Of a stretch of DNA of 64,000 nucleotides, positions 36,170 to 45,474 are shown piece by piece (within the stretch, counting starts at the first letter, position 1; each line of letters opens with the position of its first letter). The notes under the pieces are model-generated. The model had not been told where the DNA came from and made no database searches. It saw only the letters and a list, made by a program, of their open reading frames with translations. The stretch comes from a virus (taxonomy: Duplodnaviria; Caudoviricetes), in IMG/VR virus record IMGVR_UViG_3300009183_000095, positions 666 to 64,665 of that record; one strand, given 5' to 3'. The position numbers and the translations under genes are program-made.

Positions 36170-37628
36170 CGTTACTCCTGAGATTTACTGAGTATATTTT
36201 ATAATTAAATTTTTCTTCATTGTATATCTTCATTCTTTCAGCGAAGTGAAGTAGTGTATGATTCTTTTTTGTTTTCCAACTCAAATCATCAGCTAGGTCA
36301 TACAGTACAGCCTCCGTTTTAAAGTCACCTTTACGAAGACCTCGCCCTATAGATTGCAGTGTTCTAATTCTAGATTTGCTGGGGCTGGCAAATATAATAT
36401 TATGTAGGTTACGTATATTTACACCAGTACTGAACGTACCATAAGAAGCTACTATGATTGCTTTCTTTTCTTGCTCTACCGCTTGTCTAATATCTTCTCT
36501 TTTAAACCCATCTACAGTACCGTCTACATAGAATACTTTATTGTTATCAGAACCAGCGAGAATCAGTTTAAACAGGTTCTGTCCTTGATCTATAGTCTTG
36601 AATAAGACTAGTGTGTTCCCTTTGAGAGACAAGGAGAGATTACGGATAAACTCATTTCTCTCTACACTCTTGGCTAAGAAGTCCGTCTCTGTAGGGTAAT
36701 CACAACCTTTGTATTGTTGCTTAATGCTGTCTTCATAATTTAGAACTATGGCTCTAATATTAAGTTCGGATAGATGCTTCTGTTCTATAAGCTCAGCTGT
36801 AGTGGTTACTCTTCTAGTTGTGCCAAAAAGACCTTGTAATACTAGCTCATGGGTTTGTGATCCATCTAAGGTACCAGTGAATCCAAACCTATATGGACAA
36901 TCAACTAGTTTAGTAAGTATATCGGTCAGGCATTTTGCTTTGAATAGATGAGCTTCATCTCCTATTACACAATGGTATTGCTCAAACCATTCCTTTGGTA
37001 ACTTGTATATGGATTGCCAAGTAGTTACGACGAATGGTTGATCAGTATCTTTTTCTTGACCTGAAAATATTTTATGTACTTTACCTTTAACTAGTCCATA
37101 GTCTTCAAAGTCAGATGCCATTTGATGTACAAGGGAGGTAGTAGGTACTACTATGAGAACTTTTTTCTTTTTAGACTCATACAATCTACATAACAAGTAA
37201 ATAATTAGTGACTTACCTGATGCGGTGGGAGATAATAATAATGCACGCTTCTTTCTTACGGCGTGAGTGAAGGCTTCTAGCTGGTAATCTCTTGGAGTTT
37301 TATTGGTGGGTAGTTTAAGTTTTTTACAGAACTTTTCTACCTCAGCAAGAGAAATATTTTGATCACCAAAATCACTTCCTTCATGATATGTAATTTCGTA
37401 TTCTCTTTCTTTACAGAAATTTTCTACATGCTCTCTTAACCCAGCATACACCAAGTGTGTAGCAGTAGAAAATAATCTTATCTTACCATCCCATACTCTT
37501 CTCTTGTATGCTGGAGAAAAGCGTGCACCGGGTACGGCAAAAGTAAAGTACTCAGAAAGCTCTCTTGCGATGTCTTGTTCGCAGTGAACTTTAATATAAA
37601 CTTCTGAATACTTCTCTATTGATATCAT
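36144..37628 (-). CDS. uvsW: SF2 helicase UvsW
   Basis: PRDYQ, SPTASGKS, GDEAH, GFTGT, QSIGRGLR. Confidence 0.96.
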   Translation of the reverse strand: MISIEKYSEVYIKVHCEQDIARELSEYFTFAVPGARFSPAYKRRVWDGKIRLFSTATHLVYAGLREHVENFCKEREYEITYHEGSDFGDQNISLAEVEKFCKKLKLPTNKTPRDYQLEAFTHAVRKKRALLLSPTASGKSLIIYLLCRLYESKKKKVLIVVPTTSLVHQMASDFEDYGLVKGKVHKIFSGQEKDTDQPFVVTTWQSIYKLPKEWFEQYHCVIGDEAHLFKAKCLTDILTKLVDCPYRFGFTGTLDGSQTHELVLQGLFGTTRRVTTTAELIEQKHLSELNIRAIVLNYEDSIKQQYKGCDYPTETDFLAKSVERNEFIRNLSLSLKGNTLVLFKTIDQGQNLFKLILAGSDNNKVFYVDGTVDGFKREDIRQAVEQEKKAIIVASYGTFSTGVNIRNLHNIIFASPSKSRIRTLQSIGRGLRKGDFKTEAVLYDLADDLSWKTKKNHTLLHFAERMKIYNEEKFNYKIYSVNLRSNDGILNQII

Positions 37629-38059
37629 GCACCAACCTTAAACTTCTCCCAGTCTACAGCAGCTTTAATCTGATAGCCTCTAGCAGGGAGTGACTTAATT
37701 ATAGATTCTACAAACTCTACTTTGTCACGTTGTAGGTCTGCTCTTGCGGAAAGCTTTGCTATGTCAGGATCACTTTCCAAGTACATAGGAATATCTGATC
37801 GAAGTATTCTTAGAGGGTTAGGCTCCCAGTGATTGCTTCTTAGCTCTTCTTCACTGATAGTACCTGCGTAGTATTCGTATTTGAGACGTTTAAGATTAAT
37901 CATCTGGTACTCAAGCGACCGTAACTGTGTTCGTTCGGCGGCAAATATTTGATAGTATTTGGAATGCAGTTGAGGGATGCGTAAGGACTCTTCACCTAAT
38001 TCAGTACGGTCGATGCATGCATCACGTTCCCACAATTTTTGAATTTCATCAAGCTTCAT
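37625..38059 (-). CDS. uvsY: recombination mediator UvsY
   Basis: W..D..ID, IPQLHSKY, YEYY.G, RGYQIK.AVDW.KF. Confidence 0.92.
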   Translation of the reverse strand: MKLDEIQKLWERDACIDRTELGEESLRIPQLHSKYYQIFAAERTQLRSLEYQMINLKRLKYEYYAGTISEEELRSNHWEPNPLRILRSDIPMYLESDPDIAKLSARADLQRDKVEFVESIIKSLPARGYQIKAAVDWEKFKVGA

Positions 38060-38085
38060 AATTAATCCACGAGTAAATAATGTAT

Positions 38086-38114
38086 ATTATAACTGAAATG
38101 AATCTTTAAATCAA
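38086..38114 (-). promoter_or_regulatory. sigma70-type promoter for uvsY
   Basis: TTGATT-N17-TATAAT. Confidence 0.7.
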
Positions 38115-38657
38115 GTGCTCTATTTCGTATCTCTGTACATTGAATGACACTGACGCATTAACATAATCTACATCAGTCATAGTAGAGTCAAAGTTAATGT
38201 CTGTTAATGTAATTGGATAGATGTCTTTAAAGTTAATGTTAACGATTGGATTTTTTGCACTAGATAGAATTGTCAGGGTAGCATCTGAATATACACCCTT
38301 ACCTGAACCTTGTTGTTGTTGTCCTGTAGCAGTGTTGCCTCTAGATAGAGCATTACTTTTATATTGATCAAAGTTATCGGGAAAGCCGATTGCTCTAATC
38401 CAATTATAAACTTCTAAGTAATTGCGTAGTTCCTCGTCTACTCTAAATGTAATCTGAAGTATACCGTACGTTAAATGGTCACCAGCAATTGCCAGTTTAG
38501 AGAAAGGGGTAGGGACTTGAGTTTCACCCAAAGTCAAAGACGGAACATTAACCGATTGCACAAAGAAGTTTACCCCTGGCGTTCTTTGGATTTGAAATTT
38601 AAATCCTAACGGGGATAAGAAGTTTGAATTAGTAGGTATATTTGTGATTGCGCTCAT
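38106..38657 (-). CDS. gp3: tail completion / tube terminator (gp3)
   Basis: NFLSPLGFKF, P.V.FFVQSVNVP, F.VDE.L.NY.E, SDATLTIL. Confidence 0.9.
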   Translation of the reverse strand: MSAITNIPTNSNFLSPLGFKFQIQRTPGVNFFVQSVNVPSLTLGETQVPTPFSKLAIAGDHLTYGILQITFRVDEELRNYLEVYNWIRAIGFPDNFDQYKSNALSRGNTATGQQQQGSGKGVYSDATLTILSSAKNPIVNINFKDIYPITLTDINFDSTMTDVDYVNASVSFNVQRYEIEHLI

Positions 38658-38662
38658 ACGAT

Positions 38663-38670
38663 TATTTAGG
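38663..38670 (-). promoter_or_regulatory. late-promoter-like CCTAAATA, 5 nt before the gp3 ATG
   Basis: CCTAAATA-ATCGT-ATG with no SD. Confidence 0.55.
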
Positions 38671-38671
38671 C

Positions 38672-38703
38672 AAAAAAAAGCCCCGCTTTTTAAGACGGGG
38701 CTT
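38672..38703 (-). terminator. intrinsic terminator after gp23
   Basis: AAGCCCCG...CGGGGCTT stem followed by a T tract. Confidence 0.85.
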
Positions 38704-38740
38704 CAAGTGCGCTTGTTATTATTATTTTTTAACGCTAATC

Positions 38741-40084
38741 TTACATTAGGTTGTTAACGAGTACACGGCGATAGTATAAGTTACTATTCTCAGTGATACG
38801 TCCTAAACCTTCTGTTCCACCTTCAGCAAACGGATTAGCAACCATACCGTAACGGGTCTTGAAGCCAATCTTAGGTTGGAAAGTGTCTTGATCAACTGCA
38901 CGAACCATTTGTAGAGGAACGTATGGGCAGTAGAACAAACCAGCGTCAAATGCAGAAGAACCTTTGTAACCCATCAAGAAGAAGTTACCACCGGCATATG
39001 GGTCGATGTAAACACGAATACGACCGTTTAGAACACCTGCGAAAGTGTTACCAGTGTCATCTACTTGTAGGTTATTGCTGTTAAGAGCAGGAGCGTAGTC
39101 AAGTACACCAGCCATTTGCAATGCAGACGCTACATCTGAAGAGCAAAGAACGATGTTACCTTTTCCACGACGTGTATCTTTTGCAATTTGGTTAGCTTCA
39201 CGCTCTAATTGGAACATTAAGCCTTTAAATTTCTCAACTGACCAACGACCGTTAGAGTCGGTGTCTAAGTCGAAAATACCTGATGTTGTTGTACCAGCGG
39301 TAGCACCACGAGCAGCAGAAACATAAATTGTACGAATAACTTCGCGGTTAATTTCAGCTAAAATTTCAGCAGAAAGAATGTTTGACAATTCTGTTTCAGC
39401 ATCAAGACCGTGAATTGCTTTCAAGTCTTGAGCAAGTTCCATTGAGTACTCAGCTTTTAGAGCACGTGACTTAGCTGTCACAGTAACCTTCTCGATAGAG
39501 AAAGCCATTTGTGGGAAAGCTAATGATGCGTTAGAGCCTAGGTATTCTGCAGACGCTGTTGATAGACCACCGGCAAAGTTAACGTTTGCAGATTGTGCTA
39601 GCAAGGTTGTGTTTGCGCCAGAACCTGTGTTACCAACTTGTGTGTTACCAATTTGGTTACCACCGCCAACGATTGTTGAGAAGGCTGTGTTAACTTCATT
39701 GTAGAAAGTTTCTGTAGCTGTTTGGTTAGCGTAACGAGCACGCATTGCGAAGATAAGACCAGTAGGTCCAGTCATTGGCTGAACGCCGCAGATATCATAC
39801 GCAATCAAGTTTGGCATTGCACGGCGAACTAGAGAGATCAATACAGGGTCAAATGTATCAATAGCACTAGAACCGTCACCAGCTTGAACCGAGTTAACAG
39901 GTTGATTTGCTTCAAACAACTGTTGGCTTCCACGAACCTGATTACCAGCCTCGCTTAGAGCTCTTTCAGTGTTTTCTAAGATTGTAGCAGTTACTGCGCG
40001 CTTATGCGGATCCTTGATCGATTCTAGATCTGGATGCTCGAGTACAGGCTGCCATTTTTTTTGAATTTCTTCATTTAAGTACAT
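38741..40084 (-). CDS. gp23: major capsid protein (gp23)
   Basis: DPVLISLVRRAMP, GVQPMTGPTGLIFAMR, SRALKAEYS.ELAQDLKAIHGLDAE, FQPKIGFKTRYG. Confidence 0.99.
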   Translation of the reverse strand: MYLNEEIQKKWQPVLEHPDLESIKDPHKRAVTATILENTERALSEAGNQVRGSQQLFEANQPVNSVQAGDGSSAIDTFDPVLISLVRRAMPNLIAYDICGVQPMTGPTGLIFAMRARYANQTATETFYNEVNTAFSTIVGGGNQIGNTQVGNTGSGANTTLLAQSANVNFAGGLSTASAEYLGSNASLAFPQMAFSIEKVTVTAKSRALKAEYSMELAQDLKAIHGLDAETELSNILSAEILAEINREVIRTIYVSAARGATAGTTTSGIFDLDTDSNGRWSVEKFKGLMFQLEREANQIAKDTRRGKGNIVLCSSDVASALQMAGVLDYAPALNSNNLQVDDTGNTFAGVLNGRIRVYIDPYAGGNFFLMGYKGSSAFDAGLFYCPYVPLQMVRAVDQDTFQPKIGFKTRYGMVANPFAEGGTEGLGRITENSNLYYRRVLVNNLM

Positions 40085-40120
40085 GTGAGTTTCCCTTCCT
40101 TGTTAAAATTGGGTTATTTT

Positions 40121-40128
40121 TATTTATA
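40121..40128 (-). promoter_or_regulatory. T4-type late promoter (gp23)
   Basis: Exact TATAAATA. Confidence 0.85.
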
Positions 40129-40132
40129 ATTA

Positions 40133-41104
40133 TTATTTTTTAGCGGTACGAGAAATGGCTTGCATGTAGCGAGCTACCACTGGATCCGATGAACCAACTT
40201 TCTTTTCGGCTTCTGGTTCCTGAGCAGTCTCAACTTCACTCTCAACAATATCGCTGCCTGCTTGCTTATTAGTAAAATAGTTTTCTTTAACGATTTCTAA
40301 TTTACGTTTATAAGTTTTTTCATCAATGTATTCAACGCCCTCGGCTAGAGTCTCGAATTTCTCTACTTGAGTAGCAGCAAGACCTTCAGCAACTTCAGCA
40401 AAAATAACTTGCTTGGTGTAACTGTCTACCTGCTTCTTCAGATCGATATTGTCTTGAACAGCTTCGTTGAGTTTTTGATCCAGCTCTTCCACTTGCTGTG
40501 ATAGGGTCTCTACCACATCAACTTTCTCTAGAGGGATGTCAATATAATTCTCTTCGAATAGTTGCTTAAGTCCGGCGATAAACTCTTCAGTAATTTCGCC
40601 TTTTAATGAACTTTCAACAGCTAGCTCGTTTTGCTCCATCCACTCTGCAACAACGTAGTTTAGATATTCATCAATGCGTGCATTGGTTTCTTCTACGAAT
40701 GTTGTTACCTGCTCTTCTAATTGTTCTTGGTGTTCTTTTTCGATTTGCTCTTTAAGCTCATCAACCTTGGCGTTGACAGCTGCTTCGAAAATTGTGGTAG
40801 CTTTTTCTTTGAACTCTTCAGAAAGCTCCTCACCGTCAAATAACACAGCCATGTCTTCTTTCATAGAGACAGATGCTTTGTTCTTTGCAGAAGAGTCTGT
40901 AGTAGCTTTAGAGTTATTCTCTGAGCTAGTCTCTTCTTGGCCAGGGTTGTTTGGATCCTGAATCTTGTTCATGGCTTCCCCGTTAGATAGGTTAGACTTG
41001 GGAAGAGTAGCGCGAACACCGGTTGGATCAGCTGACATAGCTTTGCCAGTTTGACCACCACCAGATTCCACCTTCTCTTCAATTTTTTGTTTTTCTTTCA
41101 ACAT
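40133..41104 (-). CDS. gp22: prohead core scaffold (gp22)
   Basis: LSEEFKEKATTIFEAAV, YLNYVVAEW, acidic coiled coil; synteny. Confidence 0.93.
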   Translation of the reverse strand: MLKEKQKIEEKVESGGGQTGKAMSADPTGVRATLPKSNLSNGEAMNKIQDPNNPGQEETSSENNSKATTDSSAKNKASVSMKEDMAVLFDGEELSEEFKEKATTIFEAAVNAKVDELKEQIEKEHQEQLEEQVTTFVEETNARIDEYLNYVVAEWMEQNELAVESSLKGEITEEFIAGLKQLFEENYIDIPLEKVDVVETLSQQVEELDQKLNEAVQDNIDLKKQVDSYTKQVIFAEVAEGLAATQVEKFETLAEGVEYIDEKTYKRKLEIVKENYFTNKQAGSDIVESEVETAQEPEAEKKVGSSDPVVARYMQAISRTAKK

Positions 41105-41133
41105 ATTGGACTCCTGTGTAGGGATTTATTTAC

Positions 41134-41141
41134 TATTTATA
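41134..41141 (-). promoter_or_regulatory. T4-type late promoter (gp22)
   Basis: Exact TATAAATA. Confidence 0.8.
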
Positions 41142-41144
41142 ATT

Positions 41145-41804
41145 CTAAACCTTTGATAGATGCTTAAGAAAGTTTTCGAATACTTTAATTTTTACTTCTT
41201 CTAAATTTCTTGAAGAAGCGCGCTTGACTTCTTTATGCATTTCTTCTATCTGATGTGCTTTTAGGATTCCATTATCCCAAACCCATTCAACACCCTCCAT
41301 AATACCTCTTACAAAGGCATCAGGGGCAGATGGATCTGCTACAATATCGGCGGCAGTAGCAAGATAAAAATCATCCTGCACCTCCATCACACCGCTCTTT
41401 GTTTCCTTTAGAGAACCCATGCCTCTAGAAGAAACTCCTAACTGTGCACCCTCTTCGATTAAGCTTTTAACTATGTTTCCATAAGGGGTGTCTAGTATCT
41501 TTGCCTTGCCTATGACATCATTGCCTTCTAATTTTAACGATTTAATCATATGGCTGGCGCGCTCGAGATTAATGGTAGGACCGGATGGATGTCCTAACTC
41601 ACCATAAGCACGATTCTTTTCGACGTATTCTTTATTATAACGACCAAGTTCTTTTTCCATAATGTGTTTACGATAAACACGATTATTTCTATTGGCTTGC
41701 TCTGTCTGCATGAACACACCGTGTATATAGAAGTCTTTTTTACCTGATTCTTTTTGTTCAACCAGGTAGTCAACTTCTTCAACTAATTCGGTAAAGAGCT
41801 TCAT
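41145..41804 (-). CDS. gp21: prohead protease (gp21)
   Basis: NRN.RVY, GELGHP, GVSSRGMGS, DIVADPSAPDA. Confidence 0.97.
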   Translation of the reverse strand: MKLFTELVEEVDYLVEQKESGKKDFYIHGVFMQTEQANRNNRVYRKHIMEKELGRYNKEYVEKNRAYGELGHPSGPTINLERASHMIKSLKLEGNDVIGKAKILDTPYGNIVKSLIEEGAQLGVSSRGMGSLKETKSGVMEVQDDFYLATAADIVADPSAPDAFVRGIMEGVEWVWDNGILKAHQIEEMHKEVKRASSRNLEEVKIKVFENFLKHLSKV

Positions 41805-41813
41805 GTGTTTTCC

Positions 41814-42107
41814 TTAAAGGTATGCAACCGAGGTTGCTCTAATAGTGTCCGCTGCAGATACAAAAGCTCCTGATACCTGGATGGTATCTGTTGGTAGCTT
41901 AACAATGTATTCTTGGCTAAAATTTGTAGAATGGTGTCCAAGTGTAAAGGTTGCTTTTACAGAACCAGTGTTCGAGGCCAATTGAATAAGACAAGAATTT
42001 GAACCATCTAAATTAACGAGCCTAACTAACGAAGCGGAGCTGACGTTGCTAGCTGCAGTATTAACAATAGATACTTCAGATGATAGTATTTTAATTACTT
42101 CTGCCAT
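41814..42107 (-). CDS. small beta-rich virion protein, paralog A
   Basis: Located in the head cluster; similar along its length to the 42116-42397 protein. Confidence 0.7.
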   Translation of the reverse strand: MAEVIKILSSEVSIVNTAASNVSSASLVRLVNLDGSNSCLIQLASNTGSVKATFTLGHHSTNFSQEYIVKLPTDTIQVSGAFVSAADTIRATSVAYL

Positions 42108-42115
42108 AAATCCTC

Positions 42116-42397
42116 TTATAAACTGTATGCAACACTGGTTGCTAAAGTGGTACTTACACCGCTAGTCAACAGTTTATCTGTTGGATCTTTTACTAGAATC
42201 AATCTTGCGAAATCAGTACCTTTATGTCCTAATGTAGTAGTAGCCTTTGTTGAGCCGTTTGCGTAAGTAAGACTTATCACACTAGATATGGACGCGCTGG
42301 TGTTAACGAGTCTTACTAGCACGGCTCCACTAACCGTATTACCAACAGTATTTGAAAGAGAAATCTCTGATGATAATACTTTTAAGGTACTAGCCAT
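42116..42397 (-). CDS. small beta-rich virion protein, paralog B
   Basis: Shares K.LSSE.S..NT, LVRLVN, TLGH, VK.PTD and ATSVAY with paralog A. Confidence 0.7.
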   Translation of the reverse strand: MASTLKVLSSEISLSNTVGNTVSGAVLVRLVNTSASISSVISLTYANGSTKATTTLGHKGTDFARLILVKDPTDKLLTSGVSTTLATSVAYSL

Positions 42398-43025
42398 TTA
42401 CAGCCTCTTTATCGTTACTATCTAACTCAAGCAATTTGATAATTTCTTCTGATTGACCTGATTCAACTAACTCTAACATAGCTTGTCTGTTCTCTTCTGA
42501 GAGTACAGAAAATAATTCTAATAGTTTAACAGTACTATCTGATACTTCTGCCTCTTCTTTTGCTAGAACAGGCTTTGCATATTCACCTTGTTGAAGAATT
42601 TGATCATGTATGTCTTGCAACTGGCGATGAATGTGTTTAATATCACCAACATGACCCCAATGGGCTTGACCTTGGTTGTAACCTTTTTTATCAGTTACTG
42701 CACTGTAGTGTTTGGAAAGACCGCCATGTATATTCTTTAACAGTTTAGCAGCATCGGAGTGGTATTTTTCAAACTGTGCATGTGACTGTTCACCCTCTTG
42801 AATTGGTTCTGCCTCTTCGTATACCTTTTCGTCTTCACCTTGATCGTAGCCGTGCTTTTCTTCTTTACGTTTAACGGTCTTTACATTAGTAGCTTGAAAC
42901 ACATCGTCTTTATTGCCATTTCTATCGGCAGTCTTAACGACAATATGTTTATCCATAAACTTCTGCTCATCGCCAGCTTTAGGTCTATAGACCTCAAGCA
43001 TTTTTTTAAGCGTCTTGGCCATCAT
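42390..43025 (-). CDS. prohead core / internal protein (gp68 position)
   Basis: Between gp20 and gp21; several hydrophobic-X-E putative gp21 cleavage sites. Confidence 0.6.
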   Translation of the reverse strand: MMAKTLKKMLEVYRPKAGDEQKFMDKHIVVKTADRNGNKDDVFQATNVKTVKRKEEKHGYDQGEDEKVYEEAEPIQEGEQSHAQFEKYHSDAAKLLKNIHGGLSKHYSAVTDKKGYNQGQAHWGHVGDIKHIHRQLQDIHDQILQQGEYAKPVLAKEEAEVSDSTVKLLELFSVLSEENRQAMLELVESGQSEEIIKLLELDSNDKEAVNG

Positions 43026-43230
43026 TTTCCCCTTGGGTTACTTCGGTAGCATCTTCTTCTGCTGATTTGACTTCTTGATCGCCAAACATATTCTTTGCAA
43101 ACTGTGCTTTCTTTTCCTGCACAGCATCGTAGACCTTATCCATCATTAGCTGATTGAAATGATCTTTAAAAGTAGAAGGTTCTGCATCTACCGCTGAGTT
43201 AATTAAATCTGCGACTGTAATAGTTGTCAT
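43006..43230 (-). CDS. small acidic prohead core protein (gp67-like)
   Basis: Directly after the portal gene; F...M..K....K...A..MF pattern and acidic tail. Confidence 0.65.
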   Translation of the reverse strand: MTTITVADLINSAVDAEPSTFKDHFNQLMMDKVYDAVQEKKAQFAKNMFGDQEVKSAEEDATEVTQGENDGQDA

Positions 43231-43254
43231 TAAGTTGTCTCCAATGATATTTAT

Positions 43255-44853
43255 TTATTGCTGTTCTTGAGGTGGTAATTCTTGAGAAGGCTGCCCTGGC
43301 ATTCCAGGTTGTCCAGGCATACCTGGTTGTCCTTGTCCGTCAACAGCCGTTTGATATTGTTGGATTTCCATTTCATCAGAAATTTCTTCATCCATTTCTT
43401 CAATATCATCTTCTGTTTGCATTAATATATTTTTGCGAATCCATGTATGAGAGTAATATTTACCTGCGTAAGGATCTATTTCCTGAAGCACGGCAAGTCT
43501 CTCTTTCATCACATCTATGTTTTTAAGTTCGGCAAAGAAGTTGTCTTGTGCATACTCAAATTTAATAGATTGACCAAAGGTTTTCCAATCATCGGTGGTA
43601 ATAATACCCTTAAGAATTAGTTGTCTCTCTAGCGACTTAAGGAACAGCTGGTTAAATTTACCTCTTAGTCTATTAACAAATTTGGAAAACTTAACCTCAT
43701 CACGAGTAATCTCTGTTGAACGACCCATATTAAAGGATGCGTCATTCTGTAATCTAGTAGGCGGAACGTTAAGAGCTTGTAGAAGTTTCTTTTGAAAATA
43801 TTCTACATCTGTCATCTCGCCTAGGTTTTGACCACCTGGTAGAGTTGTAATTTCCGTACCTCGATTACCTTCACGTCTAGGAAGCCAGTAGTCTTCCATC
43901 ATTGTCATAAATTTACGATCATCTCTGATCTCTCCAGACGCTTGATCGTAAACAATTTTATTCTTATGGCGTTGCATCATATCACGAAGATATTGTTCAG
44001 CCTTCATCTTTGGAAGATTACCTACATCGATGTAGAATATTCTTCTTTCAGGTGCTCTAGATACTCTGTAAATAACAGTAGCATCTTCTAATGTACGCAA
44101 TTGATTTAAGGATTTAATTGCTTTATGTAAATAGGAAAGAACGTTTGTATTATTCTTATCCATTAAACCAGAAACTACATGTACAATACTATCTTTTGCA
44201 ATTCTTAATCCAGTGGTAGTAGCGCCAGGATTAGGATTACCTGCACCCCAATTAGCCTTATCATTATAAATGTAGTACTCTTTACTTACACCGGTAAGGG
44301 TGGCTTGAGTAGATGGATCTTTTTTCTTTTTGACCTCTCTGATTTTACGAATCTTACGAGGGTCAATATATCTTAATTCTTTAAGTCCTTGACGAGGGTC
44401 TTTCTCATCAATAATAGCATGGTAGTATAATCTTCCGTCTACGTACCAGCGTCTAAAAATTTCATATGCTTGATTGTTAAAGTTAAGAAGCGTTAGAATA
44501 TTATCAAATTCTGTTTTAATTAACTTCTTAACGTTAGCACCAACCTCAACATCATCTAAAACAATATCAACTACATCTTTTTCTTTTTCTACTACTATAG
44601 CTTCATTAACTATATCATCAACGGCAGAATCTATTTCCGGATGTTGAGCCATTTCTCTATAACGGGTAACAAGCTCGGACTCGGTTCTAGCTGAACCTTC
44701 TAAGTCAACATACGTCCCATAAACGCCACCGGCAGCAACAACAACAGCACCATCCGTATCGTCCGATTTAGGGACGAAGGATTTCTGCCTGTCATCAACA
44801 AGCTGCTGCTCTTCTTGGGTGCGGCGTATTTCAAAGCCGAAAAAATTTGCCAT
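43255..44853 (-). CDS. gp20: portal protein (gp20)
   Basis: WYVDGR, YLHKAIK, IYRVSRAPERRIFYIDVGNLPK.KAEQY, EDYWLPRREG.RGTEI. Confidence 0.98.
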   Translation of the reverse strand: MANFFGFEIRRTQEEQQLVDDRQKSFVPKSDDTDGAVVVAAGGVYGTYVDLEGSARTESELVTRYREMAQHPEIDSAVDDIVNEAIVVEKEKDVVDIVLDDVEVGANVKKLIKTEFDNILTLLNFNNQAYEIFRRWYVDGRLYYHAIIDEKDPRQGLKELRYIDPRKIRKIREVKKKKDPSTQATLTGVSKEYYIYNDKANWGAGNPNPGATTTGLRIAKDSIVHVVSGLMDKNNTNVLSYLHKAIKSLNQLRTLEDATVIYRVSRAPERRIFYIDVGNLPKMKAEQYLRDMMQRHKNKIVYDQASGEIRDDRKFMTMMEDYWLPRREGNRGTEITTLPGGQNLGEMTDVEYFQKKLLQALNVPPTRLQNDASFNMGRSTEITRDEVKFSKFVNRLRGKFNQLFLKSLERQLILKGIITTDDWKTFGQSIKFEYAQDNFFAELKNIDVMKERLAVLQEIDPYAGKYYSHTWIRKNILMQTEDDIEEMDEEISDEMEIQQYQTAVDGQGQPGMPGQPGMPGQPSQELPPQEQQ

Positions 44854-44869
44854 AATGTCCTCAATAGGC

Positions 44870-44887
44870 GGGCGGCCGAAGCCGCCC
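44870..44887 (-). other. extra-stable C(UUCG)G hairpin between gp19 and gp20
   Basis: GGGCGGC-TTCG-GCCGCCC on the minus strand with no U tract; likely an mRNA stabiliser or weak terminator. Confidence 0.6.
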
Positions 44888-44893
44888 TATATT

Positions 44894-45445
44894 TTAAGAT
44901 CCACCAGCATTACCAGTAATACCACCTGATACTTCATGGTAGTCATACTGGAATGTTACGGTGAATTCTTCAATTTGATCAGTTGAATTCCAATCCACGT
45001 CAATAGGTGAAATTTCAGAAGGGTAAATGCCACTGAACGTATATGTTCTAATAGGATTACCCGTTTTAGAATATTGTGTAACTTGTGCTGATGATTTATA
45101 TAGGAGAGGGGATGCAGATCCAAACAATCTTACGTTTCCTTGTAAGGAGTTAATCTTGTTTGACCACTCTTCCATAGAGTTACGAATCAAAAAGTCTTCG
45201 TCGTTTATTACAGTAACTGTCCACTGTCCAAACGTTCTGTCGCCAGCCAGTCTAATCTTTCTACCAAAGTAAGGTACTTCAATTGTACCTAAAGTAGAAG
45301 GTGGAATCTGAGCTGCTCTAACCAGGAACGGAACCTTGATATCGGCTACTGAGTTAGCTGGGTTAGTAATCGTTACCTGGAAAAGACTATTTCTAGCCCC
45401 TCCCAAGGTTAACTGACTTCTAATCTCGTTTACATTAAATGCCAT
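44894..45445 (-). CDS. gp19: tail tube protein (gp19)
   Basis: GGAR..LF, GDRTF..WTVTV.NDEDF, IEEFTVTF.YD. Confidence 0.96.
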   Translation of the reverse strand: MAFNVNEIRSQLTLGGARNSLFQVTITNPANSVADIKVPFLVRAAQIPPSTLGTIEVPYFGRKIRLAGDRTFGQWTVTVINDEDFLIRNSMEEWSNKINSLQGNVRLFGSASPLLYKSSAQVTQYSKTGNPIRTYTFSGIYPSEISPIDVDWNSTDQIEEFTVTFQYDYHEVSGGITGNAGGS

Positions 45446-45474
45446 GTTTTGTTCTCCTTGTTATTAGTTATTTA

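Noticed and set aside
43270-43335. PGMPGQ repeat at the portal C-terminus as a functional element
   Set aside because: Short low-complexity tail in a region that is commonly variable in gp20.
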